A DNA stretch of 64,000 bases from Candidatus Omnitrophota bacterium (lineage in GTDB: Bacteria > Omnitrophota > Gorgyraeia > Gygaellales > Profunditerraquicolaceae). The notes below the pieces were generated by a model. The model saw only the letters and a program-made list of their open reading frames with translations, was not told where the DNA came from and searched no databases. The stretch is taken from the NCBI GenBank assembly GCA_049517335.1, contig JBEKSD010000011.1, positions 9,893-73,892 on the forward strand, written 5' to 3'. The position numbers and the translations under genes were made by a program. Positions 49,629 through 59,064 of the stretch are shown here, in pieces (the first letter of the stretch is position 1; each line of letters begins with the position of its first letter).

Positions 49629-50699
49629 ATGACTATTAAAAAAGGAGACTCAAATAATTTTTATGCTGATATAAATACCCTGGCAAGGAAGCATAAAATT
49701 CCCAGCAGGGTGATGTTTGAGCTTACCTATAAGTGTAATTTTCGCTGCATCCACTGCTATGTAGCCCCTGATAAGCGGAAGAAGGAACTCACTACGGCGC
49801 AGGTCTTTTTAATACTTGACCAGTTAAAAACGGCTGGCTCTTTTCATATAGGCTTCACCGGCGGAGAGCCGCTCTTGCGCGAAGATATTTTTGATATCCT
49901 TGATTATGCTAAAAATTGTGGATTTAGAATAAGCATTCTTACCAACGGCTCCCTCATAAATAAAGACACCGCCAAAAGAATAGCGTCGCTGGGGACAAGC
50001 TTAAACCGCGTTGATATATCCGTTTTAGGCTCCACAAAGAAAACGTTTGAAAAAATAACAGGAAAAACTGGAAGTTTTGAACTCGTCATGAAGGCCGTAA
50101 AATCGCTTAAGAAAGAAGGGGTAGATGTTCAGATCAAGGCAACGCTCTTATCATTAAATAAAAATGAGTTTCTGGATATTAAAAAACTAGCCGAAAGGCA
50201 GAAATGTCTTTTCAGGTACGACCCGTCTGTAACTCGTAAAGCTGACGGGAGCAAATCTCCCTTGCGATATCAGGTAGAACTAAATAAAATGTGCAGAATA
50301 AAGGGGGTGTTTGCCGCCGATAGGACCGCTGTTAACGAAGACGTCTTCTCGGAACTGAAACCAAAGGCTGTAGGACGCAAGAAGTTATTTCATTGTGGCG
50401 CCGGACAGTCAGAGGTCACGATAAGCCCGTATGGCGAAATGAACTTCTGCCCGGAGATTCATTATCCAGGATATAATATTTTAAAGATTTCTTTTAATGA
50501 CTGTTGGGGAAAGCTTAAAAAGCTGGTTAGGAAGATTGAAATACCCAAAAAATATCAGTGTAATACCTGCGCCTTGGCGGTTTTCTGTCATTGGTGTCCG
50601 GCCAGAGCATGGTTATTGAAGAAAGATTTTTTCACCTGTGATGAAGAGTCAAAAAAAATGGCGCTTGCAGAGGCGGGATTTAACCACGGGATGCCTTAA
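49629..50699 (+). CDS. Radical SAM/SPASM peptide maturase
   Basis: CNFRCIHC; CGAG...C...CNTC...CHWC SPASM. Confidence 0.9.
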   Translation: MTIKKGDSNNFYADINTLARKHKIPSRVMFELTYKCNFRCIHCYVAPDKRKKELTTAQVFLILDQLKTAGSFHIGFTGGEPLLREDIFDILDYAKNCGFRISILTNGSLINKDTAKRIASLGTSLNRVDISVLGSTKKTFEKITGKTGSFELVMKAVKSLKKEGVDVQIKATLLSLNKNEFLDIKKLAERQKCLFRYDPSVTRKADGSKSPLRYQVELNKMCRIKGVFAADRTAVNEDVFSELKPKAVGRKKLFHCGAGQSEVTISPYGEMNFCPEIHYPGYNILKISFNDCWGKLKKLVRKIEIPKKYQCNTCALAVFCHWCPARAWLLKKDFFTCDEESKKMALAEAGFNHGMP

Positions 50700-51759
50700 T
50701 AGTCTCCTTAGTCAAATTACAGAAGTAATCGATCGGCTCTTCCAAACAACCCTTTTCTAGAATCGCTATTCCCGGGCACCATTGGCAGATCATCCTATCT
50801 TCGCATGATCTGCACGTGCTTTCTGTTTTGAAACTCAAGCCGTGGACTTTTTTATTGAGTTTGTAAAAGCCGTCCTTAACCGTATGGCTTTTCTGCAATA
50901 AGTTATAATTGAATGTCCGCAGGTATCCACAGATGATCATCTCCCCTTGAGGCGTAATCCAGAAGGAAGCGCCGCCGGCTTTGCACAAAAGCAGTTTATC
51001 ATTTCTAGGTTTTCTGATGGGTTTGGCTATGTCTATCTTTCCTCCGGGTCGCGTTGATTCTTCGTCGTTAAAATAGCCATATTGTTTATTAACGAATACC
51101 GCTTTTTTCGGGTCAAGGCGCAGGGTGCAGGGGTGAGTATCGCCATTGAGGCGGGCAAAGATCATGGTGGACGGCCGGAAGGCAAGGCCGAGAGATTCGA
51201 CCAGTTTTTTTATTTCGTCTATCTGTGAGATATTTTGTTTTGTAACCTGAATCTTTACCTTTACCGGGATACCGTTTTCCAATAATTTTTTTATGTTATG
51301 GATGTGTTTTTCAAATAGATTCATCCCTGTTATCTCTTTATATTTTTCGCGTGTTGCCGCGTTTAAGGTGGTCTCAATGCTGAAGGGAGGTGAAGATTTA
51401 AAAATTTCAAGGGTCGGTTTATTCATTGAAACAAGAGGAGAAAATATCGTTGTTATAAAACCAAGCTTTTTGGCGTAAAGATAAAGCTCATCAAAATCTT
51501 TCCGCATCATGGGATCTCCGCCGGTAAAACAAAGCCATACAACCCCGCCAGATTTGCACTTATCCATTATTTTTTCCACCTGATTTGTTGACAAGTCTCT
51601 GGACGCGGAAATCCCGTTATTGTAACAATCAGTATAACAGTGTTCGCAGTGGAGAGGGCATTTGTGGGTAAGTTCTATCTGCGCCACAATCGGCTTATGT
51701 CCCGCCTCAGCATGCAGATTCCATGAAAAATCTTTATATTCTTGTGTCTTTATTGCCAT
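50680..51759 (-). CDS. Radical SAM/SPASM peptide maturase (apparently inverted)
   Basis: CPLHCEHC; CKAG...CRSC...CQWC. Confidence 0.9.
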   Translation of the reverse strand: MAIKTQEYKDFSWNLHAEAGHKPIVAQIELTHKCPLHCEHCYTDCYNNGISASRDLSTNQVEKIMDKCKSGGVVWLCFTGGDPMMRKDFDELYLYAKKLGFITTIFSPLVSMNKPTLEIFKSSPPFSIETTLNAATREKYKEITGMNLFEKHIHNIKKLLENGIPVKVKIQVTKQNISQIDEIKKLVESLGLAFRPSTMIFARLNGDTHPCTLRLDPKKAVFVNKQYGYFNDEESTRPGGKIDIAKPIRKPRNDKLLLCKAGGASFWITPQGEMIICGYLRTFNYNLLQKSHTVKDGFYKLNKKVHGLSFKTESTCRSCEDRMICQWCPGIAILEKGCLEEPIDYFCNLTKETIKASRG

Positions 51760-51860
51760 TTAAATTAGGAACCATATCTCTTCTTCGTGTGATAGATTAT
51801 ATCACATATCAGTAAATCCGTAATCTATTAATACTAATTTCCCCTTGACAAAAACACGCC

Positions 51861-51889
51861 TTGACAAGTTTGCTGTGGGGTAGTAAAAT
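51861..51889 (+). promoter_or_regulatory. sigma70 promoter of the precursor peptide
   Basis: TTGACA-17-TAAAAT. Confidence 0.7.
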
Positions 51890-51930
51890 TTACTCATACT
51901 TGGTCAGGCAGGTTTACAAAAGAGGAGAAT

Positions 51931-52077
51931 ATGAAAAAGGTAGGGAGAAGAAAGAAGAAATTACCGTGGAAAAGTATGAAGATTACAGGGATAAAACTCA
52001 ATCCGGACCAGGCGGTACTAAGCTGTTGCGTGATGTACTGTACCCCCATGGCCTCGGGCTTGACGTCGCACAGCTAG
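51931..52077 (+). CDS. RiPP precursor peptide (48 aa, not in the ORF track)
   Basis: MKKVGRRKKKLPWKSMKITGIKLNPDQAVLSCCVMYCTPMASGLTSHS; RBS agaggag; basic leader and Cys-containing core; lies among rSAM/PqqD genes. Confidence 0.8.
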   Translation: MKKVGRRKKKLPWKSMKITGIKLNPDQAVLSCCVMYCTPMASGLTSHS

Positions 52078-52585
52078 CCCTTTTTGTTAATTTGCAGATT
52101 TGAAGACTTGGAATTTGGTCCGTGAAAATCTAAAGAGAAAAAACTAAAAGGGCACCGCCTGTTATCATAAAATACAGTGGCAAGGATGAACGCAAAAATT
52201 TTAAACGTTTTTTTTGAAGCGAAGAAAACAGATATCTTTTAAACAGCGATTTTACCTTTCTGCTGTAAATTTGTTTGTAATTATTCCGTTTCACTCCTGA
52301 TAATAATACCTGATTAATCCTCCGGGTTTTGATTGACGTTTTATCTGACCGGTGTTATTCACGGTGCATGTTCAAGCAATTGATTGTTTAAGGATGAATG
52401 TGGTCGTGTTGTATTGTAGTGTTTTCATATTGTTTGGGACATAAAAGGGGTTTTTGTACGCTAAATCCGTCATTTTTAAACAATTCATCGAACTTTCCCG
52501 AAAATTTTGTATCCCGGCCAGGGATTAATAACTTTTTAAGGGCTCTTCGGCCATCAAGAAAGGTAGTATAGTAGAATTTAATAAA

Positions 52586-53566
52586 ATGAGTAATTCTAAG
52601 AATACGGGTAAGTTAAATATAAATAATAGAAGCATTGTTAGAAGTAAGAAAACTAACATGGAAATTGTACCCATACAATATGTCTTTAAAAGAAAATTTG
52701 AACGGCAAGAACAGATTAAAAAAGTAAAATACCATGCTGCGGGGTATTGTGTTCATGTGGGTAAACTTTCTCCGGGTTGCTATAGTTGTTTTGTGCCGGA
52801 TCCACACAGGAAGAACTTTGTTTTCGGATCGCGTTGTGATGCAAATTGCGTTTATTGCACTTCGAGGAAAAAAGAAAAAGATTTAACGAGAACACAAATT
52901 CAACAAATTAAATATAATGTGTTACGAGAGTCGACCTCTGTTGTGTTTAGTCCTTCGTCAATCAGTTTTAGCGGCGGAGGGGAACCGCTGTTATATCTTG
53001 ACATTATAGATGAATTTATGGTTTTTTATCGCGGTTTGGAAAAGTATATGAGTAAAAAACCATGGTATTATCTTTATACGAACGGGATACTTGCTACTAA
53101 TGATGTTCTTTTACGATTGAAAGATTTAGGTTTTGATGAAATAAGATTTCATCTCGGTGCCTCAAATTTTTCAAATCATGTATACGCCAAGATGAAAAAG
53201 GCTGTTCGTTATTTTAAGGCAATAACCGTTGAGACGCCCGCTTGGCCGTTACACAGGAAAAAACTTTTTGAAATGCTTCCCATTATTAAGGATATAGGAA
53301 TCAAACATCTCAACCTTGGTGAAATTGAAATAAACATATTTAACTACGACAGAATCGCGTCTGCGTTGCCTGATGGCAAGGTGTATCATGCCTTTGAGAT
53401 GCATCTATATGACGGGGGGTTGACGTATGATATCATCGAAGAAATAATAAAGAAAAAGTATTCCTATTCCGTGCTTGACTGTAGCTGTTTTGTTAAGATG
53501 ATGCAACGCGGGCATGCAAAGAATATTCGCCATTGCGATGTAACAGGATTGTGTGTTGAATACTAG
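52586..53566 (+). CDS. Radical SAM protein
   Basis: LSPGCYSC; CDANCVYC; SGGGEP; YTNG; DEIRFH. Confidence 0.85.
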   Translation: MSNSKNTGKLNINNRSIVRSKKTNMEIVPIQYVFKRKFERQEQIKKVKYHAAGYCVHVGKLSPGCYSCFVPDPHRKNFVFGSRCDANCVYCTSRKKEKDLTRTQIQQIKYNVLRESTSVVFSPSSISFSGGGEPLLYLDIIDEFMVFYRGLEKYMSKKPWYYLYTNGILATNDVLLRLKDLGFDEIRFHLGASNFSNHVYAKMKKAVRYFKAITVETPAWPLHRKKLFEMLPIIKDIGIKHLNLGEIEINIFNYDRIASALPDGKVYHAFEMHLYDGGLTYDIIEEIIKKKYSYSVLDCSCFVKMMQRGHAKNIRHCDVTGLCVEY

Positions 53567-53833
53567 GGACAGCTAATATTCTAAGTCAATCGGCGAAAAA
53601 ATTATAGCTGGTTTTTCTTTCAGTTTCAGTATAAATCTCCGGCCTCATCGGGGATTAAAAATGCTTTCACCGGTTGAATTTCTGAGGCAAAACGGATTGA
53701 CAGTCAAAGCGTTAAATTCTAATATCAGCTTGTACAGAAAAAGGGGTACGGTCATAGAGACAGGAGGTTTCAATAGATGCAGTGAATATTTTTAAAAACG
53801 CGCTATACAAGCTCGGGAAAGTGAGGTGTAAAG

Positions 53834-54115
53834 ATGGATGGAAAAAAAATGTTCATAAAGAACAACGACGTTGTGACAAGGGAGATTGAGGGCGAGGTTA
53901 TTCTTATGCCCCTGCATAGTTCATCAAAGGATCTTAACTATATCTATACCCTTAATGATACAGCATCTTACGCATGGTCTCTTATGGACGGCAAGACGGC
54001 TTTGTCGGATATAAAAGGCCGCATTATGGACAGGTATGAAGTGGATGAGGCAAAACTTGATAAAGAACTCGGTGAGCTTATAAAAGATCTGCGTTCTATT
54101 AAGGCGCTGATTTAA
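53834..54115 (+). CDS. PqqD-family RiPP recognition element
   Basis: VVTREIEGEVIL...YTLNDTA..AW.LMDG. Confidence 0.9.
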   Translation: MDGKKMFIKNNDVVTREIEGEVILMPLHSSSKDLNYIYTLNDTASYAWSLMDGKTALSDIKGRIMDRYEVDEAKLDKELGELIKDLRSIKALI

Positions 54116-54122
54116 AATCAAT

Positions 54123-55094
54123 ATGATGGAAACTTTTTTAAATATAGCCGATATAATTATCGGAATAAAGAGTAAATTTGCCCCGGAAAAAGAAACTGCC
54201 AGCCGTTTTCGCTACAGCAACTTTATTCTAAAAAACAGACCGCGGAAAGCCGACATAAAGATTACACTTAAGGTAATACCAAAATACAGGATATTCAGAC
54301 GCGAGGCGCTTTTTAAAACCGAAATGGATGTCCCGAAAAGTTACCGCTTGGAACTAGATAGATTGCCTGAATCGGGCCGCCGGAATTTGAGCCAAGCGGA
54401 AGAACGGTATCTTGGAAGCGGCCTTAATTGGCGGATCGAAAAATCCGGCCGGAAGATATTGATAGAAGGATGGACTTCCGGACGATATCAACTGCTGATA
54501 AACGAAGATTTGACTAATGGCGAGCTGTTTATAATAAACTCCGGCAATGACTGGAAATTGACAGACGTCATCTATGGATTTCTGCAGGTCTTAATAATCT
54601 ATTATATGGCTAAGCGGCGAATCGGAATATTATTTCATTCTGCCGGGGTGAGGGAAGGCAAAAATGGTTATCTTTTCGCGGGCATTAGCCGGGCGGGTAA
54701 ATCTACCACGAGCAGGATCTGGGACAAGATTCCGGGTATTAGAATTTTAAACGATGACCGGATTATAATAAGAAAAGATAAGAACGATCTTTATATGTAT
54801 CCGACGCCGTGGCACAGCAATTATTCGGATTATCTAGCAGAGGGTAGAGTCAGGAAGGCCAGATTATCAAAACTTTTTTATATATACCACCGGGAAACAA
54901 ACCTCGCCGAAAGGGTAAATTATTTAGAAGGGTTCAATCATTTTTTCAAGACACTCTTCCTCTCTTTTTGGGACAAGGGGTGCGTCAATTTCGCCTTTGA
55001 CTTTCTTTTAGATATACTGTCCCAAAAACCCTGCTACAAATTTGGCTTTAAGAACGACGAGAGAATAGTTAGTTATATAAGGAATCTGAAATGA
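54123..55094 (+). CDS. HPr-kinase-related P-loop protein (ScmC/HPr-rel-like)
   Basis: LFHSAGV...FAGISRAGKSTT...LNDDR...YPTPW. Confidence 0.8.
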   Translation: MMETFLNIADIIIGIKSKFAPEKETASRFRYSNFILKNRPRKADIKITLKVIPKYRIFRREALFKTEMDVPKSYRLELDRLPESGRRNLSQAEERYLGSGLNWRIEKSGRKILIEGWTSGRYQLLINEDLTNGELFIINSGNDWKLTDVIYGFLQVLIIYYMAKRRIGILFHSAGVREGKNGYLFAGISRAGKSTTSRIWDKIPGIRILNDDRIIIRKDKNDLYMYPTPWHSNYSDYLAEGRVRKARLSKLFYIYHRETNLAERVNYLEGFNHFFKTLFLSFWDKGCVNFAFDFLLDILSQKPCYKFGFKNDERIVSYIRNLK

Positions 55095-55103
55095 AGGAAT
55101 TAA

Positions 55104-55126
55104 GCTCGACCGGTGCAAAAAATATA
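55104..55126 (+). repeat. 23-bp direct repeat, second copy at 58993-59015
   Basis: GCTCGACCGGTGCAAAAAATATA is identical at both sites. Confidence 0.8.
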
Positions 55127-55271
55127 ACCGGTTTTTAAGAATAAAGGAAATGGGTTCTTACTTCTCTTCCTTAAAAACTGGTACAACTTATGTGACAGGT
55201 CAAAAGGGACATATGAGGGGAAAAGGATATCTTAGAAATAGTAGAAGAGTTGTTAAATAGAAAAATGCTGG

Positions 55272-56387
55272 TTGAGGTTCGCTGACGTGACCTGTAAAAA
55301 CTCCGATTATCAGGAATTCTGCAGCCAGGTTTATAAATACGTCCCTGCTTGCGAAGAGATAGACAAGAAGAATATAAATTCTTCATTTATTTTAAGTAAT
55401 TCATATGAATCGGGGTTAGTCTTACAGATCTTTGAACTGGGAAGGTTATTTGTAGAAAAGAAGATGGTTAAATTCCATCCCCAGGGAACCTGTATGTACC
55501 CCTGCATCCGGCCGCGAGATACTTTATATATCGAGCCCAGGAGCGTAGGCGAAGTTAAAATAGGGGATATTGCAGTTTACCGGCGTTATAACCATTTATT
55601 TGCCCATCGCACTATTGCTAAAGGTAATGATAATGGGCGGGATTATATTATTACCCGGCCAGATACCGCTAAATTTGGAAATGACGGCCCGAGTTTTGAC
55701 CAGGATATTTTAGGCATAGTAGCCCGGGTTGAAAGAAAGGGAAAAACTTTAGGCATTACAAGAAAAGATTACCCTTTAGTAAAACGGTTTTTCTTCAATC
55801 TTTATCTCCAGTATTATCATCTGAGACAATACCTCTGGATTAAAATAATTTATTTTATCAGCCATATACAGCAATATCAGGCCTATCAAAAGTTTGCCCG
55901 GTTTTTATTCATAAAATCAAAGAAAAAAATCGAATTTTCCCTGCAGGCGCCAATCAGCCCTAAGGCAAACAGCATGTTTTTTAGGGGACTTTCTACAAAA
56001 GAACTTTTAGAATCCCTAAAGTCAGAATCGCCTATTTCCAAGTGGACGATTGCTTTAAATATAAACTCTAAGCCAGCAGGCTGCCTCTCATTTGTCTTTA
56101 AGCCCGGAAATTGCCCGTTTTGCGGTTGGTGGCTTTATGAGGCCAAGTTAAGAATCAGATACAGGAGAACGAATTTAGAGAAAAGGCTTTTACAGGAGAC
56201 CTATAACTTATTGAAAGAGTCAGGCATAAAGAAAGTATCAATTAGCGTATTTAAAGACGCGCCTTTAGACAGAAAGATTTTTAAAAATATGGGTTTTAAA
56301 GAAGTATCCACCTATAAAGATATTTTTCTTAAAGACAAAAATAAAGAACCTGTTGAACGCCTGATAATGAAAAAAGAAATTGTATAA
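55272..56387 (+). CDS. S24/S26 peptidase-like domain + C-terminal GNAT-like domain
   Basis: GTCMYPCIRPRD...GDIAVY...AHR; C-terminal R.RYRR...E..L...F.NMGF. Confidence 0.7.
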   Translation: MRFADVTCKNSDYQEFCSQVYKYVPACEEIDKKNINSSFILSNSYESGLVLQIFELGRLFVEKKMVKFHPQGTCMYPCIRPRDTLYIEPRSVGEVKIGDIAVYRRYNHLFAHRTIAKGNDNGRDYIITRPDTAKFGNDGPSFDQDILGIVARVERKGKTLGITRKDYPLVKRFFFNLYLQYYHLRQYLWIKIIYFISHIQQYQAYQKFARFLFIKSKKKIEFSLQAPISPKANSMFFRGLSTKELLESLKSESPISKWTIALNINSKPAGCLSFVFKPGNCPFCGWWLYEAKLRIRYRRTNLEKRLLQETYNLLKESGIKKVSISVFKDAPLDRKIFKNMGFKEVSTYKDIFLKDKNKEPVERLIMKKEIV

Positions 56388-56400
56388 ATAGTTTAATTCC

Positions 56401-56655
56401 ATGAAAGATAAATTTATATCCAAAATTCCTTTGCTTGAATTTAACCTTTGGAATAAGTTTAAGTCCGGTGAAAGAAAACTGGTTTCTTTTGACTTGGAAT
56501 TAACTGGCCGCTGTAATAACAATTGCCGGCATTGCTATATAAATCTGCCAGTTAATGATAGCCAGGCAGTTCACAAGGAGCTAACCAAGCTTCTAGAACT
56601 TAAAGTTATTAAGTCGGTGGGAGAAGGTAGGGCTTTGCACTACATATTGGTATAG
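56401..56655 (+). pseudogene. Chimeric remnant: radical SAM N-terminus fused to a Fic-type winged-HTH C-terminus
   Basis: ELTGRCNNNCRHCY then abruptly QAVHKELTKLLELKVIKSVGEGRALHY. Confidence 0.7.
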
Positions 56656-56658
56656 ATT

Positions 56659-56694
56659 TTGGTTGATGATTTGGTTGATGCTTCAGTTGATGAT
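56659..56694. repeat. Three tandem 12-mers
   Basis: ttggttgatgat ttggttgatgct tcagttgatgat. Confidence 0.75.
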
Positions 56695-56701
56695 TTGATC
56701 G

Positions 56702-56948
56702 TGTCCGGACAAAGTGAGGCGGACAACTCTATCGCTAAACCGCTCAAAGAGTTACGCAATTTCCAGCCCAAAATGACCGGACAAAACGGACACATTTTAG
56801 GGCTTTTTTTGTCCGTCACCAGCCCAGTAATCCGCGAGGAATAGCCTCTCTAAACCCAGAATACTCTTGATATATTAAGGTATTGAGCCTATAATTGACT
56901 GTGTAAATTAAGAGAGGTTTCCCCTCGGTTCATCCGAGAGGGACCCCA
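56702..56948 (+). repeat. Type-A repeat copy 5
   Basis: CGGACA module; TTGATA-17-TATAAT (56867-56895); core 56912-56948. Confidence 0.92.
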
Positions 56949-57052
56949 AAATAATCTTTTATAAGGTATTGCGTATATAATTAGCCTTTTTGAGAAGCCC
57001 CAGTGATACATTTCTTTTTTATTATTGTAAGTGAAAATATAAGGGAGGCGCT

Positions 57053-57901
57053 ATGAAGAGAATGACTATTTTGGTTATCGGTATGGTTACGTTAATTACG
57101 GCTAATGTTTTCTGTATGGATATTAACACTATGATGTCGGTGCTTGAAAAAGCTAAAGAAGGTATACACGTCACGTTTGCTAACATAGATAAAGACCTTT
57201 CAGTAGCAGCAAAAAAGCTATCAAATATTGATTTGAAAGGGAAGGATGCGCGTAAGATACTAAGCGAGCTGTGTAAAGATCGGAATTATCTGGTTGATTG
57301 CGCTATTATCGATACCACCGGCAAGATGGTTATAGTTGAGCCAGCTGAATACGGGAAATATGAAGGCTCGGACATAAGTAAGCAAGCCCATATCATCACT
57401 CTTCTTCAGAACAAGAAGCCCATCTTTAGCGATGTCTTCCGTTCCGTCGAAGGTATAGAGGTCATAGATTTTGATTATCCTATATTCTCCGATAAAGGCG
57501 AGTTCCTTGGTTCGGTCAGTATGCTGGTAAAACAGGGTGCGCTCTCCGGCGATATCATTATGCCGCTTGTCAAAGATATGCCGTGCAAGGCATGGGTTAT
57601 GCAGAAAGACGGCCTGATCATCTACGATCCAGACCCAAATCAAATAGGGAGGAATATCTTTATAGATACGTTCTTCCGGCCTTTTAAAGATTTAGTTTCA
57701 TTTTCCAGAACTGTTGCCATGGCAAAAAATGGAGCTGGTTCATATGATTTTTATGCCAGAGGCCTGGAAGATAAAACACTAGTTAAGAAATATGCGGTTT
57801 GGGATACTGTTTCTTTGTATGGTATGCAATGGCGTATTATCGTAATGGAGGTTAATAGGCAGTTACCTATTGCAAAAGATGCAGCTAAGGCTCAGAAGTA
57901 A
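57053..57901 (+). CDS. Secreted Cache-domain protein (single-gene block)
   Basis: Signal-like N-terminus; GSDIS.Q.H, P.FSDVFRSVEG, W.MQKDG.IIYD. Confidence 0.8.
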   Translation: MKRMTILVIGMVTLITANVFCMDINTMMSVLEKAKEGIHVTFANIDKDLSVAAKKLSNIDLKGKDARKILSELCKDRNYLVDCAIIDTTGKMVIVEPAEYGKYEGSDISKQAHIITLLQNKKPIFSDVFRSVEGIEVIDFDYPIFSDKGEFLGSVSMLVKQGALSGDIIMPLVKDMPCKAWVMQKDGLIIYDPDPNQIGRNIFIDTFFRPFKDLVSFSRTVAMAKNGAGSYDFYARGLEDKTLVKKYAVWDTVSLYGMQWRIIVMEVNRQLPIAKDAAKAQK

Positions 57902-57904
57902 TCA

Positions 57905-57940
57905 GAGAAGTTTCCTCCTGGCTCATGCGAGAGGGACCCC
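57905..57940 (+). repeat. Type-A repeat copy 6 (core only)
   Basis: GAGAAGTTTCCTCCTGGCTCATGCGAGAGGGACCCC begins 3 bp after a stop codon. Confidence 0.85.
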
Positions 57941-58003
57941 CAAGTTATTTTAATTAGACTACTTTATTTATAAGAATTAAACGTCTTGAAGAAAAGAGAA
58001 AAA

Positions 58004-58507
58004 ATGAAGAAAGTACTCATAAGCACTCTTTATTTAGGCATGGTTTTGGCTATAGTTAACGGATGTACCACAATCCAGAAAGTCACCTACACGAAATCAG
58101 GCAGCATGGCCGGTCTGAAAAACTATGCTTGGCTGACTGATTCGCCACAGATAGTAGGAGAGCTGCGGACTGATAAATGGTCAGTCGATTCGCAGATAAG
58201 AAGACAGATTGATAATGAACTGGCTTCAAAGAGTTATGTAAAAACTATTAAAAGCAAAGCCGATTTCTATATTAATTATAAATTATCGGTACTGACACAG
58301 GAGAATATTTTATTCAGTAAAGAGATTGGTTCTTCAGTGGAAGAAATGGACAAAGGTTCTTTGGCTATCGAGGCAATCGATCCGCGCTCTGAGATGCCCA
58401 TCTGGCGGGGCGAACAGAAAGCCAAAACCTACCGCTATGATTTTATCGAAAGTAGGTTGAATCTTATCAAAAACTCTATACGCCAAATCTTAAGCAATTT
58501 TCCTTAA
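58004..58507 (+). CDS. DUF4136-like lipoprotein (single-gene block)
   Basis: VNGC lipobox; KNYAW; GSLAIE.ID....IWRG. Confidence 0.8.
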   Translation: MKKVLISTLYLGMVLAIVNGCTTIQKVTYTKSGSMAGLKNYAWLTDSPQIVGELRTDKWSVDSQIRRQIDNELASKSYVKTIKSKADFYINYKLSVLTQENILFSKEIGSSVEEMDKGSLAIEAIDPRSEMPIWRGEQKAKTYRYDFIESRLNLIKNSIRQILSNFP

Positions 58508-58553
58508 CCTTATAGTTCAGCATTCCGGATATTTGAGTTGTTTGACTCTCTCC

Positions 58554-58686
58554 GGCCAGTAATTCGTCTCTCTAGGACAGATAATTCTTGCGCTAATAGG
58601 GTAAGGGCTATATAGTTGTAGCTAGGAATTCAGAGAGGTTTCCCCTCGGCTCATACGAGAGGGATCCCAGTAATATCGTTCTCCTC
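58554..58686 (+). repeat. Type-A repeat copy 7
   Basis: TTGCGC-17-TATAGT; core 58633-58672; closest in sequence to copy 2. Confidence 0.92.
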
Positions 58687-58855
58687 GGGGATTATCGGAG
58701 ACATCGTAGTCGGGGTTGTAGGAGCTATGCTTGGTGGATGGATGGGGAGAATAATGGGAATATATCCCGGTAGTTCAATTGGTGCGTTTCTAATGGCTCT
58801 TGTAGGTGCGGTGGTCTTAGTAGGCCTGACGCGTTTGGTAGTAAGAAACGTATAG
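58687..58855 (+). pseudogene. 5'-deleted second copy of the GlsB/YeaQ gene
   Basis: Near-identical to 36988-37135; fused directly to repeat copy 7. Confidence 0.9.
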
Positions 58856-58897
58856 GTGAGTAGAATGTGTCGAAGGAACATTCTTAGAAGAAATAAG

Positions 58898-58960
58898 GCA
58901 CAGACACCCGGCGCTAATCTGAATTGCGCGGGTGTTGTGTCCGTACACAAGACACCCGGG
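58898..58960. repeat. REP-like palindromic cluster
   Basis: cacagacacccgg / cgggtgttgtgtc / cacaagacacccgg. Confidence 0.5.
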
Positions 58961-59064
58961 GATTTTGTGGTAATTGTAGAACCTATCATTAGGCTCGACC
59001 GGTGCAAAAAATATAGCCGATCTATAAAGGGTAATCTAGCATTAAGCGCGTTCGCGAGGGCAGG

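Noticed and set aside
51861-52103. 80-aa ORF from the track
   Set aside because: It starts on the -35 box; the overlapping 48-aa frame has the RBS and precursor-like sequence
56659-56844. 61-aa ORF (also 48224..48454 - and 58651..59007 -)
   Set aside because: These run across non-coding repeats or antisense to gene fragments, with no RBS or recognisable domain
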